A DNA stretch of 64,000 nt from a virus, in the IMG/VR virus record IMGVR_UViG_3300025133_000086, positions 5,334 to 69,333 of that record. The stretch is one strand, 5' to 3'. The translations under genes were made by a program, and so were the position numbers. Shown here in pieces: positions 1-10,360 of the stretch. Under the pieces are notes generated by a model. The model was not told where the DNA came from. It searched no databases and worked only from the letters and a program-made list of their open reading frames with translations. Numbering within the stretch: position 1 is the first letter of the stretch; each line of letters begins with the position of its first letter.

Positions 1-1
1 T

Positions 2-1852
2 GCTGATAAGAAACAATTACCACTTAAGATACTAGCCAATTCATTCTATGGTTCGTTTGGTGCTCCGTATATATTTCCATGGGGAGATATTATGTGTGCT
101 GAGAAAATTACATGTATGTCCAGACAGAACTTAAGGTTATTGGTTCGAGTATTTAAGGAAAAATATGGTCTGAGACCACTTGTTATGGATACTGATGGTG
201 TTAACTTCGCATTACCAAAACATATTAATGAAATTAAATATGTCGCAAAAGGTGACCATTGGAAAACAAAGGGTGATGCTGGTGTTGAACTAGTAGGTCT
301 AGATGCTTGTGTATCATATTTTAATGAGACATATATGGAGAAGTGGATGGGGTTAGATGTTGATGATGTTTGTACATCAACAATCAATTTCAAAAGAAAG
401 AATTATGCTAACCTAATAGATGGTAAGGTTAAACTAGTTGGTAACTCTATTAAGTCAAAGAAGATGTCGACTTATATTGAAGAGTTTTTAGATAAGGGTA
501 TAAGACTTCTTTTAGCTGGTAATGGTTATGAGTTTATTGAACATTATAATGAGTATGTTGATATGATTTATAACTATAGAATACCTTTGGTTAAAATAGC
601 GTCAAAAGCTAAGGTTAAAGAAAGTGTTAATGAGTATCTTAGGGCTTGCAAAACGAAAACCAAATCTGGAAGTTTTAAAGCTAGGAAAGCGCACATGGAG
701 TTGGTTTTGGAACATGATTTAACACCAAACCTTGGGGACATGATATATTATGTTAATACTGGTGAATCCAAATCAAAGGGTGATGTAACGGTTGTACCAG
801 ATAAGAATACTGGTAATAGAACTGTTACACTTAATTGTAAATTAATACCTGAAGAGCAGATTGAGGGTAACCCTGAACTTACAACCGATGAGTATAACGC
901 ACCAAGATACCTTAACGCACTTAATAAGAGAATAACACCACTATTAGTTTGTTTCGATGAGGAGATTAGAGATAAGATACTAATTGATATGGTTAAGGAT
1001 AAGCAGACCAAAAAGTATGTACTTACAGAAAAAAACCTGTTTACTAATAATCAATGTAATCTAGTGGCTGGTTACCCTTTAAACCCAAGTGACCAAGATT
1101 CATATGACGAACTTATGGAGATGGAGGATAAGGAGATAAAGTTTTGGGTTGCCGCTAATGAGATACCAAATCATGTGGCATCAGAAGAGTGGAAATTGAT
1201 TAAGGTTGATTACGATAAAAGAATAAAAGAAGAACGTGAAACCAAATTAACTGAAGAGCGAAATAAGATAATCGATATAGTTAAGAGGTTAGAGATTAGT
1301 GAGTTAGAGTTTATTAAATCAGATGGTACAATACCAGATAGTATATTAGTTTTCGCTGATATAGATTCAGAATCCTTAACATTTGTTTCTAAAGAGTATC
1401 GTGAACCAATTATTGGTTTGGATATACTTTTTGCTTATGAGGATTTATCTAGATTAAGGAATGATTTTTATCGTAGACTTTTCCCAGTGGGTGTTACTGA
1501 TATCTATGGTGAGTGGTTAAAGTTTACTGAAAAAATAAAGGAGACAACAATTAAAGCGGAGTTAACAACTGATAATTGTGAGTATTGGATTAATAAGGTT
1601 TGTGATGTTGGTTATGATAACTTTATTAATATGTCTATTGGTGATATTACCGATATTTGGGTAGCGGTTTTAAGTGGTTCAACCATATCAAACACCACTG
1701 AGGATGAGTTTGATGAGGAACATGCAACGGATATGGTGTTAAATCATATGGTAGAATCTTTAGAAGAAGATGACATGTCTTTAAATGGAGACGATATTAT
1801 GTCTATGGTTAGGAATGAAATGAGTAATATTTCAGAATCAGAGATTCTTTAA
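2..1852 (+). CDS. Family B DNA polymerase, C-terminal part (5'-truncated by the window edge)
   Basis: The frame is open from base 2 and reads ADKKQLPLKILANSFYGSFGAP (PolB motif B, KxxxNSxYG), then MDTDG (motif C) and KRKNYA. The ATG at 92 is therefore internal. Confidence 0.92.
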   Translation, partial: ADKKQLPLKILANSFYGSFGAPYIFPWGDIMCAEKITCMSRQNLRLLVRVFKEKYGLRPLVMDTDGVNFALPKHINEIKYVAKGDHWKTKGDAGVELVGLDACVSYFNETYMEKWMGLDVDDVCTSTINFKRKNYANLIDGKVKLVGNSIKSKKMSTYIEEFLDKGIRLLLAGNGYEFIEHYNEYVDMIYNYRIPLVKIASKAKVKESVNEYLRACKTKTKSGSFKARKAHMELVLEHDLTPNLGDMIYYVNTGESKSKGDVTVVPDKNTGNRTVTLNCKLIPEEQIEGNPELTTDEYNAPRYLNALNKRITPLLVCFDEEIRDKILIDMVKDKQTKKYVLTEKNLFTNNQCNLVAGYPLNPSDQDSYDELMEMEDKEIKFWVAANEIPNHVASEEWKLIKVDYDKRIKEERETKLTEERNKIIDIVKRLEISELEFIKSDGTIPDSILVFADIDSESLTFVSKEYREPIIGLDILFAYEDLSRLRNDFYRRLFPVGVTDIYGEWLKFTEKIKETTIKAELTTDNCEYWINKVCDVGYDNFINMSIGDITDIWVAVLSGSTISNTTEDEFDEEHATDMVLNHMVESLEEDDMSLNGDDIMSMVRNEMSNISESEIL

Positions 1853-2997
1853 TAAACCCAAAAACCTAAAGGTTTATACTTTAAAGATTTATTTAAGAAC
1901 TCAGCTTCATTAGCTCCTCGTTCTAGTTGGCTAGTCGAGGATAATCTAAGTAGCCTCTCGTCAAGTCTATCTAGTATAACTTTACGCTCATCATTACCTT
2001 CACTAATAAGTGTTTCGTAATCTAAAGTTCTTTCAGCTTCTGGTGGTCCTACAACACCACCGAACTTGCCTCTAGTTCTACCTAAAGCTCTTTTAGATTC
2101 AGCAAAGAATAATTGACGTATCAATGTTTTTGTTGGTTCATTGAATTTCTCGTATTCCAACTTAGCTAGTGGAACGTCATTAGGCATTAAAATAATATCA
2201 GGATTCTGTAATCTACAATCTTCTAGATTTTCTGGTGTTGTATCATAATAGTGATACCATACTTGACAACCAGTCATATTAAGACTACCACCAGCCCCAC
2301 CACCGATGCCATGACCGAAAGATAGTTTAGAACCTGGTGTTGACATCAAGTGTAGTAATCTTGTACCATTAGGTCCAGCGGTAATTTTATATACCATCTC
2401 ACTTCTAAGTATTCGATTTTTAAGATTAAAGTCTGATGCTGTTAAAAGAATATCGTATGCTGGTGCAATATAATAACCACCAGTACCACCAGCACCAGCA
2501 GCGTTAGCACCACCAGATGAACCTAATTGACCATACCCACCACCAAAACCATAATCTAGACCAGAGTAATTGGCAAATAGCGCCATATCGGTTGTAGGTG
2601 GTGTTATCCATAAAACCTCATTGATTTCTCTACCAGCTGGTATTTGGTATACTTGTTTACCACCCTCTAACTCAACGTAATCCTTTTTTAATTCCCATGG
2701 ACCTCTGGATTGTAAACCTACTTGTTTTGAGTAAGCGTAAGTATAAGATGTCATGAAATCTAAAGACCTTACACTTAGGGCGAATGACATATCAATAGTA
2801 TCAACATTTGAACCTAACAATGATTGCCATTGGTGTTCAATCAACCACTCTTGGACGTATTGGGAATAATCTTCAATAGCAATTTCCAATAATGTACATA
2901 ATTGCTCATCTGTAAGTTCGATGTTACGTATGGGCGCACCCATAGTGTGTCTGAACCTTTCAAATAGCTTTTCTTTTTCCGCGTTTGATACTGCCAT
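1849..2997 (-). CDS. Neck/head-completion protein, T4 gp13-like
   Basis: N-terminal RHTMGAPIRNIELTDEQL..LEIAIEDY and C-terminal LGRTRGKFGG...TLDYETLISEG match the gp13 pattern. TATTTATA motif upstream on the minus strand. Confidence 0.8.
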   Translation of the reverse strand: MAVSNAEKEKLFERFRHTMGAPIRNIELTDEQLCTLLEIAIEDYSQYVQEWLIEHQWQSLLGSNVDTIDMSFALSVRSLDFMTSYTYAYSKQVGLQSRGPWELKKDYVELEGGKQVYQIPAGREINEVLWITPPTTDMALFANYSGLDYGFGGGYGQLGSSGGANAAGAGGTGGYYIAPAYDILLTASDFNLKNRILRSEMVYKITAGPNGTRLLHLMSTPGSKLSFGHGIGGGAGGSLNMTGCQVWYHYYDTTPENLEDCRLQNPDIILMPNDVPLAKLEYEKFNEPTKTLIRQLFFAESKRALGRTRGKFGGVVGPPEAERTLDYETLISEGNDERKVILDRLDERLLRLSSTSQLERGANEAEFLNKSLKYKPLGFWVY

Positions 2998-3012
2998 CTT
3001 ATATTCGTTTAT

Positions 3013-3020
3013 TATAAATA
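3013..3020 (-). promoter_or_regulatory. Putative late promoter TATTTATA (minus strand, neck gene)
   Basis: Orientation follows the gene strand; 15 nt before the ATG. Confidence 0.6.
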
Positions 3021-3039
3021 TAAGGAATATCAGTAATCG

Positions 3040-3297
3040 TTATTCGTTCAGTAGTTTTTTAATTATGTTTAGACCTTCTTCAATTGTCATAAATGATTTT
3101 TCGGGTATAAGTATTTTCTTATTGACGATTACAATAGGTACGCTATCGGCACCACTTTTTTCAACAATACTATTAAATTCGAATTTATACCTTTCATCAT
3201 TAATATCGATTTCTTTAAACTCAATATCGTTTTCTTCTAGCAGACCCTTAAGTTTATCACAAAATGGGCAACCATTCATTTTATATAATCTAACCAT
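3040..3297 (-). CDS. Glutaredoxin / NrdH-like redoxin
   Basis: 85 aa with a CPFC active site and SVP cis-Pro motif. Confidence 0.9.
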   Translation of the reverse strand: MVRLYKMNGCPFCDKLKGLLEENDIEFKEIDINDERYKFEFNSIVEKSGADSVPIVIVNKKILIPEKSFMTIEEGLNIIKKLLNE

Positions 3298-3299
3298 AA

Positions 3300-5108
3300 T
3301 TATTCTATTATATCATTTATTATTTCATCAATATTATCATCGTTTTTACCGATAATTTGATTTATTACGTTTTTCTTATGTTTCAATGTATACCACATTC
3401 TAGTGCTGATTGTATCATCAAATAGTTGGTAGTATACCGATACATTATTCTTCTGTCCGATACGATAACTTCTATCCTCAGCTTGTTCATTATTACCAGG
3501 TACCCAATCAAATGAATTGAACACAACGGTATCTGCCGCAGTTAACGTTATACCAACACCTGCCGACATAATGTTACCTATAAATACCTTTTTATTTGGG
3601 TTATTTTGGAATTCATCTACCGAATGTTGTTTATCGTTACTACTCATTGACCCATTATGTACAACACATTTATTACCATAATGCTCTTGTAAGTCTAATA
3701 ATTCATCGTTGAAGGTTGTGAAAATTATAACTTTCTTATCTTCTTCAATCGCATTATCAACTAACTCTATCGTGTTCGGCATAGCTTTCATAGCAATAAA
3801 TTGTCTAAGTAATATCAACTCAACTAAGTCTCGTTGTGGGCTACCACGTTTTTTCTGTTCTTTTCTTTTAATAAGGTATTCTTCCCATAGGTTATCATAC
3901 TCAACCCATTCCTTTGACGATAGCTGATTAAATACTGGTATTATCGTTTTATCTGGCATATCCAGAACCTCTTCTTTCATTCGCCTTAGTACCTTATTTT
4001 TTATCCTTATTGATAATTCACCTAGGTTTGAATTGCCGTCAACAAGCCATATATTTTTAATCTTACCATTCTTCAATCGTTTCTTAAAATTCTTAGCATC
4101 ACAATACCTCTTAACATAGAATTGCCAGTTATCAGCTAGTGGGTGTCCAATAATTTTAAGTAAGTTATATAGGTCTTTGGGTCTATTTGCCACTGGAGTA
4201 CCAGTTAGTAACCAAACGTTCTCAAAGTCAGTTTTTTTAACCAAATCAGTTACTATTGAACCCCTTATACTTTTATGGTTTTTTAAGTAATGTGCCTCGT
4301 CAACTATTAACGTATCAAATTTTTCATCAAGAATTTGTGTTAATTCCTCAATTGGTTTTTCACCCCTTTTCTTAACGGTATGAAAGTTTTTTAGTATATC
4401 GTAATTAATTATGGTGTATTTGGCTGGTTTCCATTTTCTACCTTGGATTATCGATGTGTCGTACTCACCAAACATATTAATTTCACGTTCCCAATTTATC
4501 TTTGTTGAGGATGGGCAAATTATTAACACCTTTTTTGATTCGGTGGCTAATGTAGATACAACAGCTTGTATCGTTTTCCCAAGACCCATATCGTCAGCTA
4601 AAATAGCTTTTTTTCTAGATAATAAGAACTTAATACCCTCTTTTTGATGTTCGTATGGGGTTCTACCCATTAAATCTTTTTGAGTGTATTTATCAAAATC
4701 AACATCAATATCTACTGGTGTATAGTATGGGTCTTCCATAACTTGTGTCTTTGGAATCCAGTACATTTCGTTCTGTTTTTGGTTTTGTTTTAATTTGCCA
4801 AAGACATGAAAAGATTTTTCATTCTCACCCAAAACAAACCCAATGTATATCTTTGTTGGTGTAAAAGATAATTCGTATTTCTTTTCAAATTCCTCACCAA
4901 GATATTCACTTATACCAATAACCCTGTCAACTTTATGTGGTTCAAACTCAAAGTTTGATATTATATATTCTTCCTGTGTTGTTGTCAGTGGTAATTTACC
5001 ATTCTTAACTAACTCATTTTTAAGTTTTTTAAGATATGGATTTTTACCATCGTAACCCCTTAGTTTATTGAGGGCCGTGAAGCCCTTTATATTTTCAATT
5101 TTAATCAT
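3300..5108 (-). CDS. SWI2/SNF2-family helicase/ATPase
   Basis: LADDMGLGKT (motif I), VDEAH (II), LTGTP (III), GVGITLT (V), QAEDRSYRIGQ (VI). Confidence 0.93.
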   Translation of the reverse strand: MIKIENIKGFTALNKLRGYDGKNPYLKKLKNELVKNGKLPLTTTQEEYIISNFEFEPHKVDRVIGISEYLGEEFEKKYELSFTPTKIYIGFVLGENEKSFHVFGKLKQNQKQNEMYWIPKTQVMEDPYYTPVDIDVDFDKYTQKDLMGRTPYEHQKEGIKFLLSRKKAILADDMGLGKTIQAVVSTLATESKKVLIICPSSTKINWEREINMFGEYDTSIIQGRKWKPAKYTIINYDILKNFHTVKKRGEKPIEELTQILDEKFDTLIVDEAHYLKNHKSIRGSIVTDLVKKTDFENVWLLTGTPVANRPKDLYNLLKIIGHPLADNWQFYVKRYCDAKNFKKRLKNGKIKNIWLVDGNSNLGELSIRIKNKVLRRMKEEVLDMPDKTIIPVFNQLSSKEWVEYDNLWEEYLIKRKEQKKRGSPQRDLVELILLRQFIAMKAMPNTIELVDNAIEEDKKVIIFTTFNDELLDLQEHYGNKCVVHNGSMSSNDKQHSVDEFQNNPNKKVFIGNIMSAGVGITLTAADTVVFNSFDWVPGNNEQAEDRSYRIGQKNNVSVYYQLFDDTISTRMWYTLKHKKNVINQIIGKNDDNIDEIINDIIE

Positions 5109-5177
5109 AATAGTATATAATTATAAGTATAACTAAGTTAAAAATCAATGTTTAGTGATTAATAACTCTTCGTTTGA

Positions 5178-5185
5178 TATTTATA
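5178..5185 (+). promoter_or_regulatory. Putative late promoter TATTTATA
   Basis: 9 nt before the gp14-like ATG. TATTTA also occurs at 8101, 10739, 13817, 14455, 16008, 20496, 32339, 37170, 38714, 39118, 45411, 50109, 53861 and 59851. Confidence 0.65.
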
Positions 5186-5194
5186 TAAAAAGAT

Positions 5195-5716
5195 ATGCCA
5201 AAACCTAAGATTGTACCAATAACTAGAAACTATAAGTTTTTTTCTCAAGAGGATTATGAATTAGAAATCCAAATGGGTAGGGAAGCGATTGAGGGTGATG
5301 GTAACTTCACGATTATATTATATCGTGTTGATAGAGAAATGACACCATCAGATATTTATAATGAGGCTAGAATGAATGAGGTTGCATATAAACCACCAGT
5401 TGAGCTTAAGGTTATGCCACTATTGAATGAACCAGAAAATAAAACGTTTAATAGTAATAGTGGTGGTCTTAGGGATTTACAGGATGGTCAACTAATATTT
5501 TACATTTACCAATCACAATTGGCTGATTTGGGTGTTGAAATATCATATGGTGATTACATAGGATACCCTGTTACTGAAAATGAGGTGAGGTTTTTTAGTG
5601 TTGTTAATGATGGTGTTAAAAATTATGATAACAAACATACAATAATGGGTTATAAGGGTGCATATAGAACAGTGACATGCGCACCTGTAGATTATAATGA
5701 ATTTACTAGCGAATAA
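5195..5716 (+). CDS. Neck/head-closure protein, T4 gp14-like
   Basis: 173 aa; SDIYNEA and GDYIGY motifs; lies directly before the gp15-like gene; TATTTATA upstream. Confidence 0.55.
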   Translation: MPKPKIVPITRNYKFFSQEDYELEIQMGREAIEGDGNFTIILYRVDREMTPSDIYNEARMNEVAYKPPVELKVMPLLNEPENKTFNSNSGGLRDLQDGQLIFYIYQSQLADLGVEISYGDYIGYPVTENEVRFFSVVNDGVKNYDNKHTIMGYKGAYRTVTCAPVDYNEFTSE

Positions 5717-7803
5717 TGGCACTCCCTAAAGGATTTAGAAATAATATAAGATTAACATCACCAAACGTTGGTGTTCAAAGACGTCAGGATTTATTGGATA
5801 ATATCGCTGATGACGGTACTTTTTTACCTAGAGGTGTTCATTATCAAGATATGGATGAAACATTCATCAATTTTGTTAATAAAGAGCTTAGGATTGAAAT
5901 CGATGGTGAAGAGGTACCAGTTCTATTTTTAACACTTCAAAGATATTCTGAATTTACAAAAACGTGGAAGTTTACAGATGAGTATAAAAACATAAAGATA
6001 CCATTTGTAACAATTGTTAGAAAACCCGACCCACAGGTTGGTACTAACCAAGCTGGGTTGTATAATGTACCTGGTAGACCAACGTTTACTTACTATAAAG
6101 TTCCAACTAATGATGGTGCTAGAGTTGGTGTAGACCTTTATAAGATTCCACAACCAACATCGGTTGATATAACCTATGAGGTTAGGATGTTTACAAACAA
6201 AATGTCTGATTTGAATCTACTAAATGAGAAGGTTCAAAAGAAGTTTCAGTCTAGACAGGCTTATATTTGGCCAAAGGGTCACCCGATGCCAGTTACTTTA
6301 GAGAGTATTGGTGACGAATCTAATATTGACGACTTTGAGAATAGACGGTTCTATGTTCAGCCGTTTGAAATGTTACTAGCTGGTTATATTCTTGATGAAG
6401 AGGACTTTGAGATAATGCCAACAATTAATAGGGCTATGGTGATGAGTGAGCTTATTGTCGGTGATGGTGTAACTACACCAGTAACTGATGGTACAAATTC
6501 ACCTGGTTGTGTTGTCGCTGCGCAAGGTAGTAATATTATTAAAAATACTGCTGGTACACTATTGTCTGTTGTTGAGTGTGGTAGTAACTACGTTGTTGGT
6601 AATTCACTAGTTTTTAACTCTGGTAGTACTTACAGTCAAATAATACCAGCAACAACTAACCTTGAATTACCTAACGTTGTTAATATTGATAGTGATGGTA
6701 GTTCCGTTTTAACACCAGCGATGGTTGGTTTTACCGCCACTACATGTGACCCAGTTACAATTATAAACTCTGGAGCAACATATACCGCTACCGCAGCAGC
6801 TGGAACCACTTTTGAATTACCTAATCAAGTTATTGATATTGAAAACGAGACTGGTGGTACTATTAACACTATAACATTCCCAGTTTATAGTGACCCAACA
6901 ATTGACCTAACAGCATATTGTCAATCTGTAATTGTTAATAATTCTGGGGGTACATTTAACCAAACTATAGAACCTGGTAGTGCATATACATTACCTAATG
7001 TAACTAATATTGATAGTGATGGGAGTCCCGTTTTAACACCAGCGATGGTTGGTTTTACAGCAACAACATCTAACCTAGTAGACCCATCTTCTTTTAGTGA
7101 TGCAAAAGCATTATTTCTTGGAGACAGGGGATTAACTTTTGTAGACGGTGAATTAGATAGTTGGGATAATCAAGGAACGGCTGGAACAAATGCATCAGCC
7201 CTGTATACAACAAACCGAATTGGTGTTAGTTCAGCGTTAGGAATTGCTAATTTTCGTAACTTTCAACCGTGGGGTAAAACCTATTTTGCATCATATGGGC
7301 ACACAGCTACGGCTATATCAACTTATACGTTTGAAGGTATTTCTACTCTTTGGAAGGCTTGGAACCCTGGAGTATACATTCCATCTTTAGGTAATGTAAA
7401 TTCTTCAAGCTATGCAGCTTGTCTTTTTCTAGGTTTTGCTGGGCTTAAAGTAACAATAAAAACTGCAAGTGTATATCAAGATACTATTTGGTCAGTAGTT
7501 AATATGGGTATTAATTATGGTGAACCATTTGCATGGACGTTAGTGTATGATGGCTCACAAGCGGTAAACGCTGACAGATTAAAATTATATGTAAACGGAG
7601 TTCTGAAATCTCAATCTACGACTCCAACAATTCCATCTACGGTAGACCCCGATGGGTCTGTGGAAATTTTATCAAGCACTACAGCTCGCTCATCTTATGC
7701 TGAAATAGGCGGATACCTTGCCTATTGGGAGAGAGCATTAAGTGGTATTGAGATAGCCGACAATCAAACTTGGAAAGAACAAATCTGGGCGGTAGCCCCT
7801 TAA
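5716..7803 (+). CDS. Tail terminator/completion protein (gp15-like N-terminal ~240 aa) fused to Thr/Gly-rich repeats and a C-terminal LamG/ConA-like domain
   Basis: KIPFVTIVR and PTSVDITYEVRMFT...LNEKV are gp15-like. The middle has repeated NSGxTY...LPNVxNIDSDGS units. The C-terminus has LVYDGS...LKLYVNG...YWERALSxxEI (LamG). Confidence 0.7.
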   Translation: MALPKGFRNNIRLTSPNVGVQRRQDLLDNIADDGTFLPRGVHYQDMDETFINFVNKELRIEIDGEEVPVLFLTLQRYSEFTKTWKFTDEYKNIKIPFVTIVRKPDPQVGTNQAGLYNVPGRPTFTYYKVPTNDGARVGVDLYKIPQPTSVDITYEVRMFTNKMSDLNLLNEKVQKKFQSRQAYIWPKGHPMPVTLESIGDESNIDDFENRRFYVQPFEMLLAGYILDEEDFEIMPTINRAMVMSELIVGDGVTTPVTDGTNSPGCVVAAQGSNIIKNTAGTLLSVVECGSNYVVGNSLVFNSGSTYSQIIPATTNLELPNVVNIDSDGSSVLTPAMVGFTATTCDPVTIINSGATYTATAAAGTTFELPNQVIDIENETGGTINTITFPVYSDPTIDLTAYCQSVIVNNSGGTFNQTIEPGSAYTLPNVTNIDSDGSPVLTPAMVGFTATTSNLVDPSSFSDAKALFLGDRGLTFVDGELDSWDNQGTAGTNASALYTTNRIGVSSALGIANFRNFQPWGKTYFASYGHTATAISTYTFEGISTLWKAWNPGVYIPSLGNVNSSSYAACLFLGFAGLKVTIKTASVYQDTIWSVVNMGINYGEPFAWTLVYDGSQAVNADRLKLYVNGVLKSQSTTPTIPSTVDPDGSVEILSSTTARSSYAEIGGYLAYWERALSGIEIADNQTWKEQIWAVAP
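6667..6737 (+). repeat. 71-bp dispersed repeat, copy 1 (encodes LPNVVNIDSDGSSVLTPAMVGFTA)
   Basis: Near-identical DNA at 6667-6737, 6991-7061 and 8213-8283. Confidence 0.95.
6991..7061 (+). repeat. 71-bp dispersed repeat, copy 2
   Basis: ttacctaatgtaactaatattgatagtgatgggagtcccgttttaacaccagcgatggttggttttacagc; directly precedes the LamG domain. Confidence 0.95.
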
Positions 7804-7813
7804 TCAGATAAAA

Positions 7814-8065
7814 ATGGAACAAGTAGTACTTAATAATCTTGCAGATTTTAATCAAGCTAAAACACTAATTGAAGAGTATAACGATTCATTACCTAAAGTG
7901 GTGACTCATGGGGACAGCAAACCCCCTTACCCTACACCTGACTTAGACAAGCCCTATACGGAATATTTAGAGGAGACTTTGACTATTTACGCTGATGAGG
8001 TAGTTATTGAGATATTGGACGAAAACGAAATACCTTATACTGTAGAAGGTGATGAAAATCATTAA
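7814..8065 (+). CDS. Small acidic hypothetical protein (possible partner of the LamG cassette)
   Basis: 83-aa ORF with an A-rich leader, 10 bp after the upstream stop. Confidence 0.7.
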   Translation: MEQVVLNNLADFNQAKTLIEEYNDSLPKVVTHGDSKPPYPTPDLDKPYTEYLEETLTIYADEVVIEILDENEIPYTVEGDENH

Positions 8066-8113
8066 GCATTTTAAATTAAACACCTTTATATAGATTTATA
8101 TATTTAATAATAG

Positions 8114-10360
8114 ATGGCAATTAAAATAATATCAACCACATGTCCAGAAGCTAATATAACTAACTCTGGGTCAACATATACTACTTCAACCGATGCTGGT
8201 AGCACATTTCAATTACCTAACGTAACTAATATTGATAGTGATGGTAGTTCTGTTTTAACACCAGCGATGGTTGGTTTTACCGCTAGTACTGCTGCGGGTA
8301 CGGTTGTTCTAACCGTGAGCGATGCAAGTCCCAATTTTGGGGATACGGTCACTCTGACGGTAACTCCAACAGGAATAACACCTTCAAGTTATAGGTTTTG
8401 GATTCCGCAACAAGACAACACCTACAGAATAGTCACTCAAGCAACAAACACTTATTCGTGGAAAGTTGACATTTATGGCTCTTGGACGGTTCTGGGTGGC
8501 GCAAATACATTGAGCGCGTCAGCCTATGACATTGATGGTGTGGACATCATGTCCCGTCATGTGGCAGCACCCTACGTCAGACCTTCAGATTGGATGACGA
8601 TTCCTTCAATTAATGTCGGAGGGGGTGAGGAAGTTTCTTATTGTTTAATGCAAGTTTTTGACACCTCTCAAAATTATATGGCGGTCACTTGTGAGGGGGA
8701 TTTCACGGTTGATTGGGGAGATGGTTCAACACCCGTGGATTACACAAGTGCAACAAAGGCTGAAAAGTCTATTGCTTATGCGGACGTTTCAAATCTATCG
8801 ACAAGAGGCTATCGACAAGCACTCATCAAAATCACTCCGCAGTCAGGGCAGAATTTAACAAAAGTAGACTACGCTGTTCGCCATACGAATGAGACAACGG
8901 CTAACATCAGTTCTCAAATCATCGAAATTGACCAACACTTGCCAAACGCGACAACATTCAAGATTTATTCAACTCTGCGGCATCACTACTATCTTGAGCA
9001 AGTTAATTGGCGAGGAACGCATAGTGTGACTTCATATCGCGAACTATTTCGTGATTGTCAACGTCTGCAATCAATTGTGTCGTTATCATGGGCGAATGTT
9101 GGCGACTGCTATAGGTTATTTTATGGTGCGAAGATGTTGAGGATTCTTCCCGAAGTTAATTTAACGTCATGCACCGTGGCTCAAGAGATGTTCTATCAAA
9201 CAGGGATTGAGTGGCTTGGAGATGTTGTTATAACAGGCTCAGTAACGTCATACACTTCATTATTTAATAGATGCTATCAACTCATTGGAATAGAAAGCAT
9301 AACTATAAATTCGTCAGCTACGGTCGTCACAAACTTTTATGCCTCTTGTCAGGTATTAAGATACGCTCCGTTATTCTCAATGCCTAACGCGGACTCTTTA
9401 TTAGGCTTTCACGATGCGAATTATCTGCTTGAATACATTCCACCTTACGACACGCCCAATATTACGTCTCTTAATGCCTTCGCACGACAAGCATACTCAT
9501 TAAAAGAACCTTGCAAATTCGCGAGTCCAAGCACGACAGCCAACGTGGAGTCACTTTATAGATGTTATTACAACGGAGTTAGTCTGACAACAGCCATGAG
9601 GTCAGGTGAACATGACCTGAGTTCCGTGACAACGGCTCAGGAATGTTATTACGGTAATCGAAGGATGCGACTTAGCCACACCGTTGACCTTCCAAGTTGC
9701 ACTGATTTTAATGGCTTTCAACGGAATTGCAATTTTGAAGAAGTTGAGGCGTTTGACACATCAGCGGGAACTAATTTCTCGTACTTCTTATCGGGATGGT
9801 CGGGAAAGGCTGTGCCTCTATTTGATACAAGCAGCGCGACAACATTGTTCGGAGCGTTTCAATATTGTAATCAATTGGAAGAAATCGCGGATTGGGACAC
9901 AAGCAACGTCACGACATTTCAACAATGTTTCTACTCTGCCCAAAGTTTATATCAACTTCCAAATTGGGACTTCAGCAATGCGACACAATTCTATCGTTTC
10001 AATTGCTATGGAAAATTCGCACGTTTCAATTTTGGAGCGACAACAGCACCGACAAACTTGAAAGAGGTTCTTCGAGGGAATCCGCACATGGAGCAGATTG
10101 AGGACTTCGATTGGAGCAGCGTAACAGACACAACCAACGCATTTCGCGATATGTATAATTTAAGAAGAGTCATCGGTTGTGAATGTCCCGTGAACATTTC
10201 TTTTTTGAATTGCTATGCACTTCAAGCCGATGAAATTGATGAGATATTCAATGATTTGCCAACGGTGGTAGGAAAAACAATAACAGTCACGGGTTGTGCG
10301 GGAGCTTCGACCTGCACACCTTCAATCGCTCAAAACAAAGGTTGGGCGGTATCAAACTAA
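8114..10360 (+). CDS. BspA/DUF285-type leucine-rich-repeat protein with N-terminal repeat module and PKD-like segment (putative appendage/adhesin)
   Basis: Repeats such as WDTSNVTTFQQCFY, FDTSSATTLFGAFQYC and FDWSSVTDTTNAF; VDWGDG; C-terminal SIAQNKGWAV; N-terminus shares the LPNVTNIDSDGS repeat. Confidence 0.8.
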   Translation: MAIKIISTTCPEANITNSGSTYTTSTDAGSTFQLPNVTNIDSDGSSVLTPAMVGFTASTAAGTVVLTVSDASPNFGDTVTLTVTPTGITPSSYRFWIPQQDNTYRIVTQATNTYSWKVDIYGSWTVLGGANTLSASAYDIDGVDIMSRHVAAPYVRPSDWMTIPSINVGGGEEVSYCLMQVFDTSQNYMAVTCEGDFTVDWGDGSTPVDYTSATKAEKSIAYADVSNLSTRGYRQALIKITPQSGQNLTKVDYAVRHTNETTANISSQIIEIDQHLPNATTFKIYSTLRHHYYLEQVNWRGTHSVTSYRELFRDCQRLQSIVSLSWANVGDCYRLFYGAKMLRILPEVNLTSCTVAQEMFYQTGIEWLGDVVITGSVTSYTSLFNRCYQLIGIESITINSSATVVTNFYASCQVLRYAPLFSMPNADSLLGFHDANYLLEYIPPYDTPNITSLNAFARQAYSLKEPCKFASPSTTANVESLYRCYYNGVSLTTAMRSGEHDLSSVTTAQECYYGNRRMRLSHTVDLPSCTDFNGFQRNCNFEEVEAFDTSAGTNFSYFLSGWSGKAVPLFDTSSATTLFGAFQYCNQLEEIADWDTSNVTTFQQCFYSAQSLYQLPNWDFSNATQFYRFNCYGKFARFNFGATTAPTNLKEVLRGNPHMEQIEDFDWSSVTDTTNAFRDMYNLRRVIGCECPVNISFLNCYALQADEIDEIFNDLPTVVGKTITVTGCAGASTCTPSIAQNKGWAVSN
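8213..8283 (+). repeat. 71-bp dispersed repeat, copy 3
   Basis: ttacctaacgtaactaatattgatagtgatggtagttctgttttaacaccagcgatggttggttttaccgc; read in the same peptide frame as copies 1 and 2. Confidence 0.95.

Noticed and set aside
6667-8283. 71-bp repeats as a CRISPR array or invertase-driven shufflon
   Set aside because: They are coding, direct, too long and irregularly spaced, with no cas or site-specific recombinase gene in the window.
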